A stretch of DNA of 63,776 nucleotides, filler included, from Squatina squatina (Eukaryota): NCBI GenBank assembly GCA_031763465.1. It is 3 parts of 3 records of this genome, joined end to end, with 100 filler letters (N's around TTAATTAATTAA, not from the genome) between each part and the next. Parts side by side here need not be neighbours in the genome. Positions count along the whole stretch, not along the records: positions 20,647 to 48,869 come from JARFOE010000189.1; positions 48,970 to 63,776 come from JARFOE010000013.1; 1 more part is not named here. One strand, given 5' to 3'. The position numbers and the translations under genes were made by a program. Within the stretch, counting starts at the first letter, position 1. Each line of letters begins with the position of its first letter. Of this stretch, positions 39,398 through 51,059 are shown one piece after another. The notes below the pieces were generated by a model. The model was given only the letters and a program-made list of their open reading frames with translations. It had not been told where the DNA came from and ran no database searches.

Positions 39398-40833
39398 TTT
39401 TTGGGGATTACTTTGTTGAAAATGTTACACTATCTGCCATCTACTGTGCACCAAGCCTCTGTCACCTGCACTTTCTGTGCACTCAATTCTACACCCGTCA
39501 GTGATGTCACCTCCCTTGATTTTCTTAATACTGTAAACCAGTTAAAGAATGGGGTCATTGAATTTCTGCACAAGCAGCAGAAGAAAGTTTGTTCATTTTA
39601 ACCCTTTGGGAACTGAATGGCCTTTTTACCATTTAAAATGTACAGAATACTTGTTGTACATAAGAATATCTATAAAAAATATATTTAATGTAACTCTTTT
39701 AATCATTAAAATTCTAAACTGACAATGGGAAATTCTACAAAGCTCTACAATACTTGTAACATCTGTAAAATTAACTTTAAATTTTAGTCCATTGAAGTAG
39801 AATTCCCAGAGCAGGGTTTTACGCGATGGGAATTTGCACAATCTATTGTACGTAATTTGTAAAATCTACACCAATATCTACTCTTGCAGGTCAGTTAGTA
39901 TCTGAAGGAGGAAAATCAGTTTACAATCTCAGACAGAGAGCCCTTCACCATACTCTCAGTACTGAAGGACAGACACAGCAGAAGTATTAACTCTTTCTCT
40001 TTCCGATACTAACTAGCCCGCTTTGCATTCCCAGCATTTTCGGTTTTTATTTCCAGACTCATTTCAGGCTCTTTTTCTCCATACAGTTCTGGATAGAAAG
40101 GCGATTGGAATTTGCCTAACAGCAGCTGTTCCTGGACTTAGTACTGATTGTTCTACCAGGAGTGGCATCGGCTTTCCGACTGCCCTGATCCCACGCAGAT
40201 CCCCACCAGTGAAGTTTTTTTTCATTTAGGACCAGTTTTTTTTTGTCATTCTTTTATCAAGGTTTCAATTTTTTTCAGGCCCCAACATGTTTTACTCGAC
40301 CGATCCTATTTTCTCTTTAACAACAATAACTTGTATTTATGAAGCACTTTTGACATAGAAAAACGTCCCAAGGCACTTCACCAAGGCGTAATCAGGCAAA
40401 AATAGACGCAACTAGAGTTATGGGCTGCAATTTCATCACATCCTTTCAAATACTNNNNNNNNNNNNNNNNNNNNNNNNNNNNNNNNNNNNNNNNNNNNNN
40501 NNNNNNNNNNNNNNNNNNNNNNNNNNNNNNNNNNNNNNNNNNNNNNNNNNNNNNCCCTCACATCTCAGTGTGTAACACAGAGCATCACACTTAGTACTAT
40601 ACTACATGTCATTGGCTGAGATATCATTTTTATAAAACTCCAACAAATCACAGCTCAACAGATGTGGAGTGCTGCACTCAATGGGAATGGGAATCAAGAA
40701 TTGTTACTCCGCAAACAGTTCCCAACAAAAGAAGGGGAATCGATTAAATCACTCTTTGAAAGTTGTATTCATTGGATTGCTGTATTGTTTTCTCACTAAG
40801 TTGAGGACTTAAGGGGGACAGATTTCCAATTTT

Positions 40834-41031
40834 AATAAAAACCGAAAATGCTGGAAACAGTCAGCAGGTTGGGGTGCACCTGTGGAGGGAGAAACCACCT
40901 CAGTTCTGACTAAAAATCAGCAACCTGAAACGTTAATCTTCTCGCTCCACTGAGGCTGCCGTACCTGCTGAGCGCTTCCAGCATTTTTTGTATTTATTTG
41001 AGATTTCCAGCATCTGGAGTATTTTGCTTTT
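40834..41031 (+). repeat. Palindromic non-autonomous repeat, probably Penelope-like-element derived
   Basis: Arms 40845-40868 and 40964-40987 are 21/24 reverse-complementary. Centre CTGACTA...GAAACGTTAA. Related copies near 35190, 39960-40060 and 60790-60860. Confidence 0.6.
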
Positions 41032-42782
41032 ACATTTTCATCTTGCGGCCCAGCCATAAAATTGGTGTTGCAGATCAGGGAAATAAAAATCGGGTAGTGT
41101 CTGTAACCGATGGCCTATCTGCAGCGCCAGTTTTATACCTGGGCGGCCAGTTGAAAACCTGTCCCAGTGTTTCTAAAATAAGATAGGCCTAAAAATTTGA
41201 AAATTCATGGAAGACTGATTACATTCACCTTTTGAAGTTCAACTAGGTATCAGACTACAACACACCAGTGTCACTGTGTGGTCACTCTGTGAGTGAAACT
41301 CCATTGCTTGGAATTACTGCAGGAGTTTCCCAATGGGAGATCAGCAGGACCCCTGGATAAACAACATAAACAGCTAAAAACATCCATTTCACTGTGGATT
41401 CCACTTATCTTCCCCAAATGGTATGGCCAGAGAATACATAGAATTACATAGATTTTACAGCACAGAAACAAGCCATTCAGTCCATCTGGTCCATGCCAGT
41501 GATTATGCTCCACACAAGTCTCCTACTAACCTACCNNNNNNNNNNNNNNNNNNNNNNNNNNNNNNNNNNNNNNNNNNNNNNNNNNNNNNNNNNNNNNNNN
41601 NNNNNNNNNNNNNNNNNNNNNNNNNNNNNNNNNNNTGAGAAAATTTCCATAGAATCGTACAACACAAAAGGCATCCATTTGGTTCATCATACCTGTGTTG
41701 CCTCTCGAAAGGGGCTATTCACTTCGTCCCATTCCCCTGCCTATACATATATGTTGAGAAGAGCAATGCTACCAGAACTGACACCTGATGGACACCACTG
41801 TTTGCATCCATTAACTGCTGCTTTCCACCTTCTGTTATTCAACCAACTTCTTATGCATACTTCCTTTAATACTATTTGCTAAATTTTATCAATACCTCAT
41901 CAAAATTAACCTCCACAACATCCTCTGTATTTTTATTAAATCAATACACTCCGTTGTTTCAATTAAAAGCTATTGATTTGTTGGACATAGCTTCCATTAT
42001 ACAAATCCATGCTGGATGTTCTTAATGTCTTTCTAGATGAAAATTAATTTTAATCTTGCATATGCCCTCTAGAAGCTTATTCACATGGTTCAAAGCCATT
42101 TTTCCAATATAATTAAAAATATTAGAGAAAATTATAGACTTGTAAGAGTCACCATTTTAATATCCATGCAAAACACAACAATTCAATTGCCTGAATAGTG
42201 GGCTTGAAAGCCAGAATTTCCATATGACCATAATATTTCAAGTGAAGTACATTGATAGAGATGGAATTTTGATCTTATAATGCAAAGAAGTACAAGCATT
42301 CAGAACACTGGTTTGTCTTAAGTGACGTCATATTTCAGTGTCATGGACATGAACCAAAGAGAAAATCTAGGGTTAAAACTAGCAGAAAGTTCCCATGACT
42401 CATCTGAAGCCAGATCCATGTTCATTTAAGATACAATATCTGTGCTAAGGATTATTGGCTATAATAATTAAATTTATCAGTGAACAAGGCATGGCTCAAG
42501 TTCAGTAGTTTGTGGCTGACTAAATGCCGGTAAAGCATTCAAGCATATAGCTCATGATCATATGACTACAGTGAACGCAAGATGATGTTGAGACAATGTT
42601 CAGAACATTTTTGAAAAGTTAGTGGCTACGAGATGTCACTTGTCGCCCACACAAACTGAAAGACGGCTGATACGGTGCATCTGTGGGCTTCTCGTTTGAC
42701 TGACCTTCTGATAGCAGCTGCCTTCTGATGCATAGATGAAGATAATTGGCAAAGATTAATTATGTTTTCCTGAGCAGAGAAG

Positions 42783-42823
42783 ATGGAAGCGTTTAGTAAA
42801 CTTGCTCAGAATCAGAAAATAAG
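42783..42823 (+). CDS. BLNK: BLNK exon 1
   Basis: MEAFSKLAQNQKI(R) with donor AG|GTGAGT (phase 2). Parallels the human start MDKLNKITVPASQKLR. Head-to-head with DNTT. Confidence 0.75.
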
Positions 42824-43707
42824 GTGAGTGTTCAGGTTCTTGATAAGAAATGAGTCGGAAAAGTTGAAGTATTTAGCAGATATATACAGGTGGAAATTTT
42901 AGGGAAGGAAGATTTTCACTAACAATTTAAACCATAATAACGGTTGATTCTATTTGCGAACTAGTGGAAGTGAACAACTTTCAAAGATCCTTTTGTTCTT
43001 CTGATTTGTTTGGAATACAGAGTGAGGTCTAGCTGTGTGAATCATCTGTAATTACAAACGGTTATAAAACTAATTAACTGCACATGTGGCAATGTGAAAT
43101 GATAGAGCAATTAAAAGTTCAAATTTCTTGAACAGTTAATAAAGCTGTGACAGTTAATGTTATTTATTGGATGAGGTTTAGGTTTGTTGAAACTTCTAAT
43201 AATTAATTGTGATGAATCTGTGTATAGATATAGGACCATTGAAGTCAAAGGAAGATAAAATCGGGAGAGATGTATAACGGGCGACTGAATAGATATTTAC
43301 CATTTTACGCTGTCGCCCAAAGTCAAAGTGACTCGTTGTGCCTTTAAGTCAGACTTGTGCACAGATTGGAATTCCAGTGTGTGTGCAAGGTGTGTAACAT
43401 TGATGCCAGAACCTGCAGTAAAACCCATTAAATGGGACCATCACCCACATAATATTTGATTTGCCCTTCAACATTGTAGCTAAAAGTATTGCAACTACGA
43501 GANNNNNNNNNNNNNNNNNNNNNNNNNNNNNNNNNNNNNNNNNNNNNNNNNNNNNNNNNNNNNNNNNNNNNNNNNNNNNNNNNNNNNNNNNNNNNNNNNN
43601 NNTTCAGATTTATGTGTGGTATAAATTTCAGGAAAGGATGTAAATTTCAGTGATTTTCACCTACAAAGAATCACAAATTCAAGGTTTCAGATGTGCCAGT
43701 AGTAATA

Positions 43708-43800
43708 TACTCTGTGGCGCAATGGGTAGCGTATTGACCTTTTAGTATAATGGTGGTATAAGTCGTTCAAAGGTTGTGGGTTCGAATCGCACCAGAGTTA
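43708..43800 (+). pseudogene. Intron-containing tRNA-Arg(TCT)-derived pseudogene; anticodon reads TTT
   Basis: ACTCTGTGGCGCAATGGGTAGCG...CT TTT A [~20-nt intron] GTTCAAAGGTTGTGGGTTCGAATCGCACCAGAGT, then TTTT. Mismatches in the acceptor, anticodon and T stems. Confidence 0.8.
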
Positions 43801-44195
43801 TGTTTTGGTGATGACCTTTTGCAGCAAAACCACAACTCGATCAATAATGTCCTTCAAGGATTGGGATTCGTCAATGAGGTCGCTTGAATTATGATTAATT
43901 CTCACCCCAATTTCAATCTTTGCACCTTGTTGAAATATTATCTTTCCTCCATGTATCGACTTTTCCACAAACCTTGTGCTTTATGTCCTTTGGCGCTCAA
44001 AGATACTCTGGTGAAAAGGTAATCCTACCATCTATAAAACTACAAAAATATCATTTGAACCTGGGAGCCTCTTCCAATGCAATCAATGACACCTCACAAG
44101 CGAGAAGCAAACTCTGAGACTGACGGTTCACTGTCAACGAAGCTGTAAGATTCCACTGCCTCCCACAGTCGATCAGCCTTCCTCACAGACCGTTT

Positions 44196-44460
44196 ACATA
44201 AGAACTTAAGAAATAGGATCATGAGCCGGCTCCGCCATTAAATGAGAACATGGCTGATTGATTTTGGCCGAAACTCCACTTTCCTGTCTGTTCCACATAA
44301 CCCTTCACTCCTTGCAGCTCAAAAATCTGTCTGTCTCAGCCTTGAATATATTCAATGATTCAGCCTCCACAGCTCTCTGGGGCAATGAATTCCAAAGATT
44401 CACAACCCTCTGAGAAGAAATTTCTCCTCATCTCCGCCTTAAATGTGCGACCCCTTAAGT
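44196..44460 (-). mobile_element. CR1 LINE 3' end
   Basis: Reverse complement of the same CR1 tail as 29280-29545 (ACATAAGAACTTAAGAAATAGGA...CACAACCCTCTGAGAAGAAATTTCTCCTC). Confidence 0.85.
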
Positions 44461-45053
44461 ATCTGGAGGAAGTCATGGGAGAGCCTGGGTACAGCCGTGC
44501 ACTTTTATGCAGTGCTCATCAATGTTTGCATCACCTCAATGCTGCAGAACACTGAGAGAATAACTGTCAAAATGAATGTGGACATGGTCCCTTTAAGGAA
44601 ACTGGCTGATGACTTCCTTTTAATTGGCCGGGAACATTGCAGGGCGGGTTCAACAAGCTCAATCCGCATAAAATCACTTGGACAGAGGCAGATGAAGAAG
44701 GGAGCGGAGTTCCAGCTTGCTCCCGACCCAGTAGGAAAAATCACGGCCATAGATGTAACTAATGGCCCAGTGTAGATACTGCCTGGCATGAAAAACACAT
44801 CTGAAACTTCTATACGAATGGAATCTAAACACTCGTCTTAAAATAACTTGATAAATTTTAATTATTAAATGAATTGGCCTGTTACTTACACCAACTGATG
44901 AAATATTAAAATTTGATGAAGACATGACTATATTTTGATGAAGTAAATATTTTGCTTTATTCTGATTTATAACCAGCCGCAATACAAATTAGTATGCAAT
45001 ATTCAAATAAAAAAAACTGTTGTGCTAAGATTAATGATTGTACTTGTGTGCAG

Positions 45054-45219
45054 GACAATAGTGATTATGAAAACCCAGATGGGCATTCTGATGGCTCAGA
45101 CACATATGAAGATCCACGTGATGATGGCGATGATGTAAATTATGAGCCACCTCCTAGTGAAATTAGAAAAAAGAACATAGTTCCCCAGTCTTTTAATACT
45201 TGTAAGAGTGAATATGCAG
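45054..45219 (+). CDS. BLNK: BLNK acidic tyrosine-motif exon
   Basis: GTGCAG|GAC: DNSDYENPDGHSDGSDTYEDPRDDGDDVNYEPPPSEIRKKNIVPQSFNTCKSEYA, donor G|GTAATG. Matches human DSDYENPDEHSD...YEPPP...GEY. Confidence 0.88.
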
Positions 45220-45987
45220 GTAATGTATGGCTGTTCTGGTTTAATTTTAACGTTCTGTTGCTTGTTACTGTCACTTATTGGCTTATTTTTTCGTGCACTA
45301 AGTATTTGGGAATTGTACTGCTCTAGTACTCAATAACTGTGCAAAAAGAATAAGTACAAAGTCATCCAAAAAGTTAAAATTTCAATTTATCAGGTGAGCA
45401 ACTCCAGAAATGCTCACTACTTTAAAGACTGGTCACTTATAACTAACCTACTCTGTTGGCCATGCTGTGCTCAGGCATGCTTTTATACTTTCATCACAGT
45501 TGCAGCTCGACTCCCATTTGTACTCGCACCAAGGGCGGCCAATTCGACCTCCCCGAGTTACTGGCATTAACGGGCGAATTGTTGAGTGCAAAGTTCCACT
45601 TTCAGCGCTGTACCTTTAAGGCCTGCAATTTGGCCCATAGAAAAAAAAATGTCTGACATCTTTAACAAAACATGCTAATTTCAGCGCTAAAGGGCCTCGA
45701 CTTGACTTTGATTATCTTAATTAATTTCAGCAGCCGAATTGCAGAATAACTGCTTCCAATCAGCTCTCAGGCCACCTCGATACTTAAACTCTCACACACA
45801 ACCACTGCTTAGGTCAGTGCTGGAGAGGAGAATATTGCATCAAAGGAGAGAAGGGATTATAACCGAGATAGCACAGAGGGATGGAGCNNNNNNNNNNNNN
45901 NNNNNNNNNNNNNNNNNNNNNNNNNNNNNNNNNNNNNNNNNNNNNNNNNNNNNNNNNNNNNNNNNNNNNNNNNNNNNNNNNNNNNNN

Positions 45988-46142
45988 CCCCTCTACCTCC
46001 TGCTCCCTTAAGATCCACCTCTTTGACCAAGCTTTTGATCACCCCTCCTAATATCGGTCTTTAGATTGGCACCCTTTTTTAAAAAAAAACACCTTGGGGC
46101 ATTTTTGTGGGTCAGAGGCACTATATAAATGCAAGTTATTTT
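45988..46142 (+). mobile_element. L2-type LINE/SINE 3' tail
   Basis: CTTAAGATCCACCTCTTTGACCAAGCTTTTGATCAC...GGCACTATATAAATGCAAGTT. Confidence 0.65.
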
Positions 46143-46206
46143 TGTTACAGTTTTACATAAAAGGACTATGAAGAGCTAACAGTCTATTTTGTTTCTCTCC
46201 ATCTAG

Positions 46207-46326
46207 CGGTTTGCCAGTGTTGCTGACATAATTGAAAATCATCAAAAGCATCCCTTGGTGCTCATTGACAGCCAAAATAACACCAAAGATTCTACCAAAT
46301 TGAAGCATCCAATCAAAACCTCATAA
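46207..46326 (+). CDS. BLNK: BLNK last coding exon (SH2 C-terminus)
   Basis: CCATCTAG|CGG: RFASVADIIENHQKHPLVLIDSQNNTKDSTKLKHPIKTS*; recalled human YFGSVAEIIRNHQHSPLVLIDSQNNTKDSTRLKYAVKVS. AATAAA at 46405 and 46420. Confidence 0.93.
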   Translation, partial: RFASVADIIENHQKHPLVLIDSQNNTKDSTKLKHPIKTS

Positions 46327-47929
46327 TACGTGCGTTTAAAGATTTCCAACTGAATGGATTGATTACATCTCCTTTCCATCCAATATTATTTCTCATTTCC
46401 AAACAATAAAAATCAGTTCAATAAACAAACATTTTAAGCTATATAAATCCATGCAATGAGGCTCCTATAGGAGATGAATTTTGTAATGGTTACATCAGGG
46501 TTTGTTACTTTATAATAATTCATCAGCAGTTGATTCATGTACAACAGAAGCATTTTATCAATTAACTCATTTAGAATCTGAATTAATAATTTTCATATCA
46601 ACAAAGCGTGTTATTAAAGCCACTATTCGGTTACCAAGGTTGGACAGAATTACCCAGACGACATAAGCATGGTTTTCAAAACCGTGAATAAGCACACATG
46701 CTGTTTAACCTTGATGAATTATGGTAGCCTTTGTAAAATAAATTTTTTTTTTAAAACTCTAACCAGTATATTGGTTTTTTTTTGCTGAAGTTTAGTCAGT
46801 AAATACTTCTCATTTCAAATTATAACCATATTTAGTATTTCAAAAGTACTTTATGCCAGGCATTATACGAATATTTAAATATTGCTAAAAAGTAATTAAT
46901 ACAGGATTAAAAACCAAAGGAAAATAAAGGTTAGCTGAGCAACTCCACAGTACAACAAGCTGAACACTGGTTTTTCATCTCCAAGTACTGGATTCAAAAG
47001 CAACCAAGGCTGAAGGGATGAAATTATCTGCTGGTTGTAAGGGTCCCTCATCAAATGAGTTTGAGCAGACTAAATTCTATTCTTGTTCATAGGCCAACAG
47101 CATAAAACCACCTGTAATTTGGAACTAGTTGACCCAGTCACTCAGAGACAAGATGGCTGGTGTGGAGAACAAAAAAATTATAATGCTAGTAGAGGGTGAT
47201 GCTCCTCTGAAGNNNNNNNNNNNNNNNNNNNNNNNNNNNNNNNNNNNNNNNNNNNNNNNNNNNNNNNNNNNNNNNNNNNNNNNNNNNNNNNNNNNNNNNN
47301 NNNNNNNNNNNNCGCAGCTGTAATACTATTTTTAATGAGCAATGCCACTCCCCCACCTTTTTTACCACCCTCCCTAGACCTACTGAAACTGTAACCAGGA
47401 TGTTTGCATGTTTTGACATTTTCTAGGTTTAATTAAAAAAGGTTGGATAAGTGAAAAATTTGCTAAAGCAGGAGAGGTATCATGGAATATGTCATTTCCT
47501 AGCTACTGGGATTGACCAGATTAACTGCATAAAAGAAAATTACTTGTTTCTTCTCATATTGGTTTGGTATCAAGAACAAATAGCCATTTTTAACAGTGGA
47601 CCTCATGTATAGGAATAATTATACCTTACATTTCAATGCAGCTACGATAAATTTTGCAATGAAGCAATTTAAATCTAAAATTCAGTGCAATGAGTTTCTT
47701 CAAACTCATAACTGATGCAATCTATTTCATATTTTATAAAATATAGCATATATTTAGAATATATAGTATTAGTATATAGTTGACAGGTAGGCGAGAGAGA
47801 AGAAAAATCACAAATTATTAACTTTATTTCTCAAGAAAATGTACATAGATGTATTCAAAAATAGTGTACAACATTTGTAAAAGCTGGTCCTGAAAGAAAT
47901 AACCCAATATTGGTAGTGCATGGCCATAT

Positions 47930-47948
47930 ACACACACACATACATATG

Positions 47949-47984
<36 letters not shown>

Positions 47985-47994
47985 TATATACATA
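47930..47994. repeat. (CA)n/(TA)n compound microsatellite
   Basis: Direct CA runs interspersed with TACATA. Confidence 0.9.
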
Positions 47995-48913
47995 TGTTTT
48001 GAAATTCAATATCTGGAATTTACTCAGATCCATTTCCAATATACAACAAAAATCTAATTTCAGCTCCAGCAGGCAATGTTTATTTAGAAGCACATACCAA
48101 AAACTAAAGCAAGAAACCTTTCCACATTAAACATATTCCAGGTCTAAGCCATTTCTTTTGGTGCATTTACCAGTCAACGGAAATGATGTTTCAAAACCAG
48201 GAATTACTTTATAAGCTGCTTAATAGAGTAAAGAATCATTTATGTAAAAATATAACCCAAGTTATTATGTAAATATTTGCTTTTTTTTACACTTTGCTAT
48301 GAAAAAAAAACAGGTTTTCTACTTCACAAGTAGGTGTGGTGTTGCAATTAAGGAATAGAAAAATAGAACACTTCTATAATACTGCCCCTTCAATATATCA
48401 GAGTCCAAGCAAACTCCTAGTACCTTCACACATCTGCAGGAGTAGTATAAGCGGTACGTGGAATACCGAATTCAGATTGTTGAACTGTATTCTATGCTCA
48501 ACAGTATAAATTCTGGCGTTGCATAGGATTTCAGTGCTTCGTAACCAATTTAGCCTAATAAATTTCTAATACACGAAGTGGAAAGATCATCCAATAAATT
48601 TACATTTTAAATAGGACAAACAGAACAGACTCTCAAATGCAAGCAGTTACTCAAAACATATGGGGATACAAAGACAGGTTAGCAACCTGCAACCATATTA
48701 ACTTAATTTGAAAGATGCAAATGATCAGAGATAAAAGAACTATAAATAAACCTACCTCTCTCCTTTTCATCCAGAACTCCCTCCCCTAACCTTGACATCT
48801 TTTGTTCTTTCGAACAGAGGTGGAAAACAGCGCACAGGTTAGATAAGCTAATCAGACACCATTTTCGGTNNNNNNNNNNNNNNNNNNNNNNNNNNNNNNN
48901 NNNNNNNNNNNNN

Positions 48914-48925
48914 TTAATTAATTAA
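48914..48925. other. Artificial scaffolding spacer TTAATTAATTAA
   Basis: 44 N on each side; coincides with the synteny switch from BLNK to UBR5. Confidence 0.95.
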
Positions 48926-48969
48926 NNNNNNNNNNNNNNNNNNNNNNNNNNNNNNNNNNNNNNNNNNNN

Positions 48970-49058
48970 GTCTATACGTCCCACTTTATTCCTCCAAACA
49001 GATTCTGAAACAAAAACTGTTACTAGCCATTAAGACCAAGAACTTTGGTTTTGTGTAG
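48970..49058 (+). CDS. UBR5: UBR5 (EDD, HECT E3 ligase) final coding segment
   Basis: (R)LYVPLYSSKQILKQKLLLAIKTKNFGFV*, identical to the recalled UBR5 C-terminus. AT-rich 3'UTR with AATAAA at about 49064, 49447 and 49923. Not in the ORF track. Confidence 0.92.
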
Positions 49059-50985
49059 AGTATAATAAAATGTGTGTATTGTGTGTAATAATATAACTAG
49101 GTCCAGGTTTTGTAGATTAATTTTTTCATTTGTCTATAAAATTTGTGGAAGTTAATGCTGTCACACACCTGGAGGTTCTGTGGTGGTAAACATTCCTGTA
49201 TTCAGCTTGTAGCTGAAAGTCCAAACCACAGGCTGTAGTGGCTTTGACTGTAACCTCCTAGGCTTTTGGCTAGTCAGTAACCTGTTAGCCTAACCCCAGC
49301 CAAAGATGACAGCAGATCATGTATTGTTACACTGTGATTACGGTCATTTGGCCTAGGAGAACTGAAAATGTTTCTGAAATTTCACTGCTGCCTTTGTCGA
49401 AAGTTTCATCAAAGGTTCTTGTATAGAGGGAAGTAGGGAAATTCCAAATAAAACAAGAGAATGCTTTACATTTTGTGTGTGACTATTAAACCTGATGGGA
49501 AAAGCCCTTTTGTTTGCCTCATCCATTCATCATTGGATAAATTTTAAATTAAGTAAGTGTTATGATTTCTTCATTTTAATAGGGCCCTAGAGGTGAAATA
49601 TATTCTCTTCGTCCTTCTGCCAAGCCATGGTTAAACTGATTTAAAACTGATATACAATCTCTTCATTTAATTTATAAGAATATTTAGTTTGGTATTGACG
49701 GTACATTTCAGTCACAAAATGTAAAACTGAGCCTTGCTATTGTGCAGGTTGTACAGTATGCTTCTGTTTATCCAAACTACTTTAGAAAATCATTGGTTTG
49801 GGTAATCACGTTAAGTTTAACAAATATGGTTTATTAAATTGAGGTTCCAAATATCAAATAGTGTACTGTACCAAAGAGTTGGCAAACCAGTGCACATGTA
49901 GAAAAGTGCATTTTTGTATTAAAATAAAGGAAATTTGCGTTCACTGTACTTGCTGCAGTTCACACAATCCTGTTGCTTCCTTCATGAGCATATTTAGAAT
50001 TGCAAAACTTATTCAGCTACTTTGTGACAACAGCTCATTAGTGTTGCAATGTTTAATGCACTTTCTAATGTATGCAANNNNNNNNNNNNNNNNNNNNNNN
50101 NNNNNNNNNNNNNNNNNNNNNNNNNNNNNNNNNNNNNNNNNNNNNNNNNNNNNNNNNNNNNNNNNNNNNNNNNNNNNCAATTGACTTTCATAATCTCTTT
50201 GTCCCGGACATACTTGGTACTTCAAAGAGAAACTACATTTAATGAAGACAAAGAGAATCTAACAAGAGGTGTGCCAAGCAACCCTTAATATATCCTAAAT
50301 TCAAAGAAAACTCTCTTTCCATACAATTGAACAATCTGTGTGAACATGTGTCCAAAGCATTCACCTCTTTCAGTGATGAGCACTTCTTACAGACACGTAA
50401 AAGTTTTGGACACCTAGGCTTGCCAAATTCTACTTTTCACTCCCCTAGCTTTCCAATCTTCCTTTAACAAAGGGTCCTACACAGAACCAGATAAGGTGTG
50501 GTATATTTATGCCCCACTAATGAGCTATTCCTTAGCTCAGTCTTAACGTTAGCTATCTTATCTCTGGTAAGGAACGTCCTGTTTAAATAAACATCCTCAG
50601 GGTTTTAATTAGTTTAGTTTCCCAGCTATTTCACAACATTCAGTTTAACTACAGATTCCATATTGTGTGGCCACCTTGATTGAAACTCCATCTTGAGGAC
50701 ACAATTCATGTAGTTTACACAGCATTTTCCCTACACTATGGATCTCTGTTCTGGTGACTGGTAACTTACGGTTCACCTGCTGCTCCATTTTCAGAGTTCC
50801 TGGTAGAACTCTGTCAAATAACCAGGCGCCATTGCAGAAATTTTCCTGCCAAAAGATATATCTCCCTGATATTTCTATTATTTATGCGTGTAATTTCTCT
50901 TGTAAATATGCATCTCATATGAAGAACTACACCGAACAGGGATCAAGTCAACACCGATCCCTATGTCATGGTTCTGAGTGTTAAA

Positions 50986-51059
50986 CAAAAGAAAGAACTT
51001 GCATTTATATAGCACCTTCCATGACCTCAGGACATTCCAAAGTGCTTTACAGCCAATGA
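50986..51059 (-). mobile_element. Deu-SINE 3' tail
   Basis: Near-identical to 19110-19180. Confidence 0.75.
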
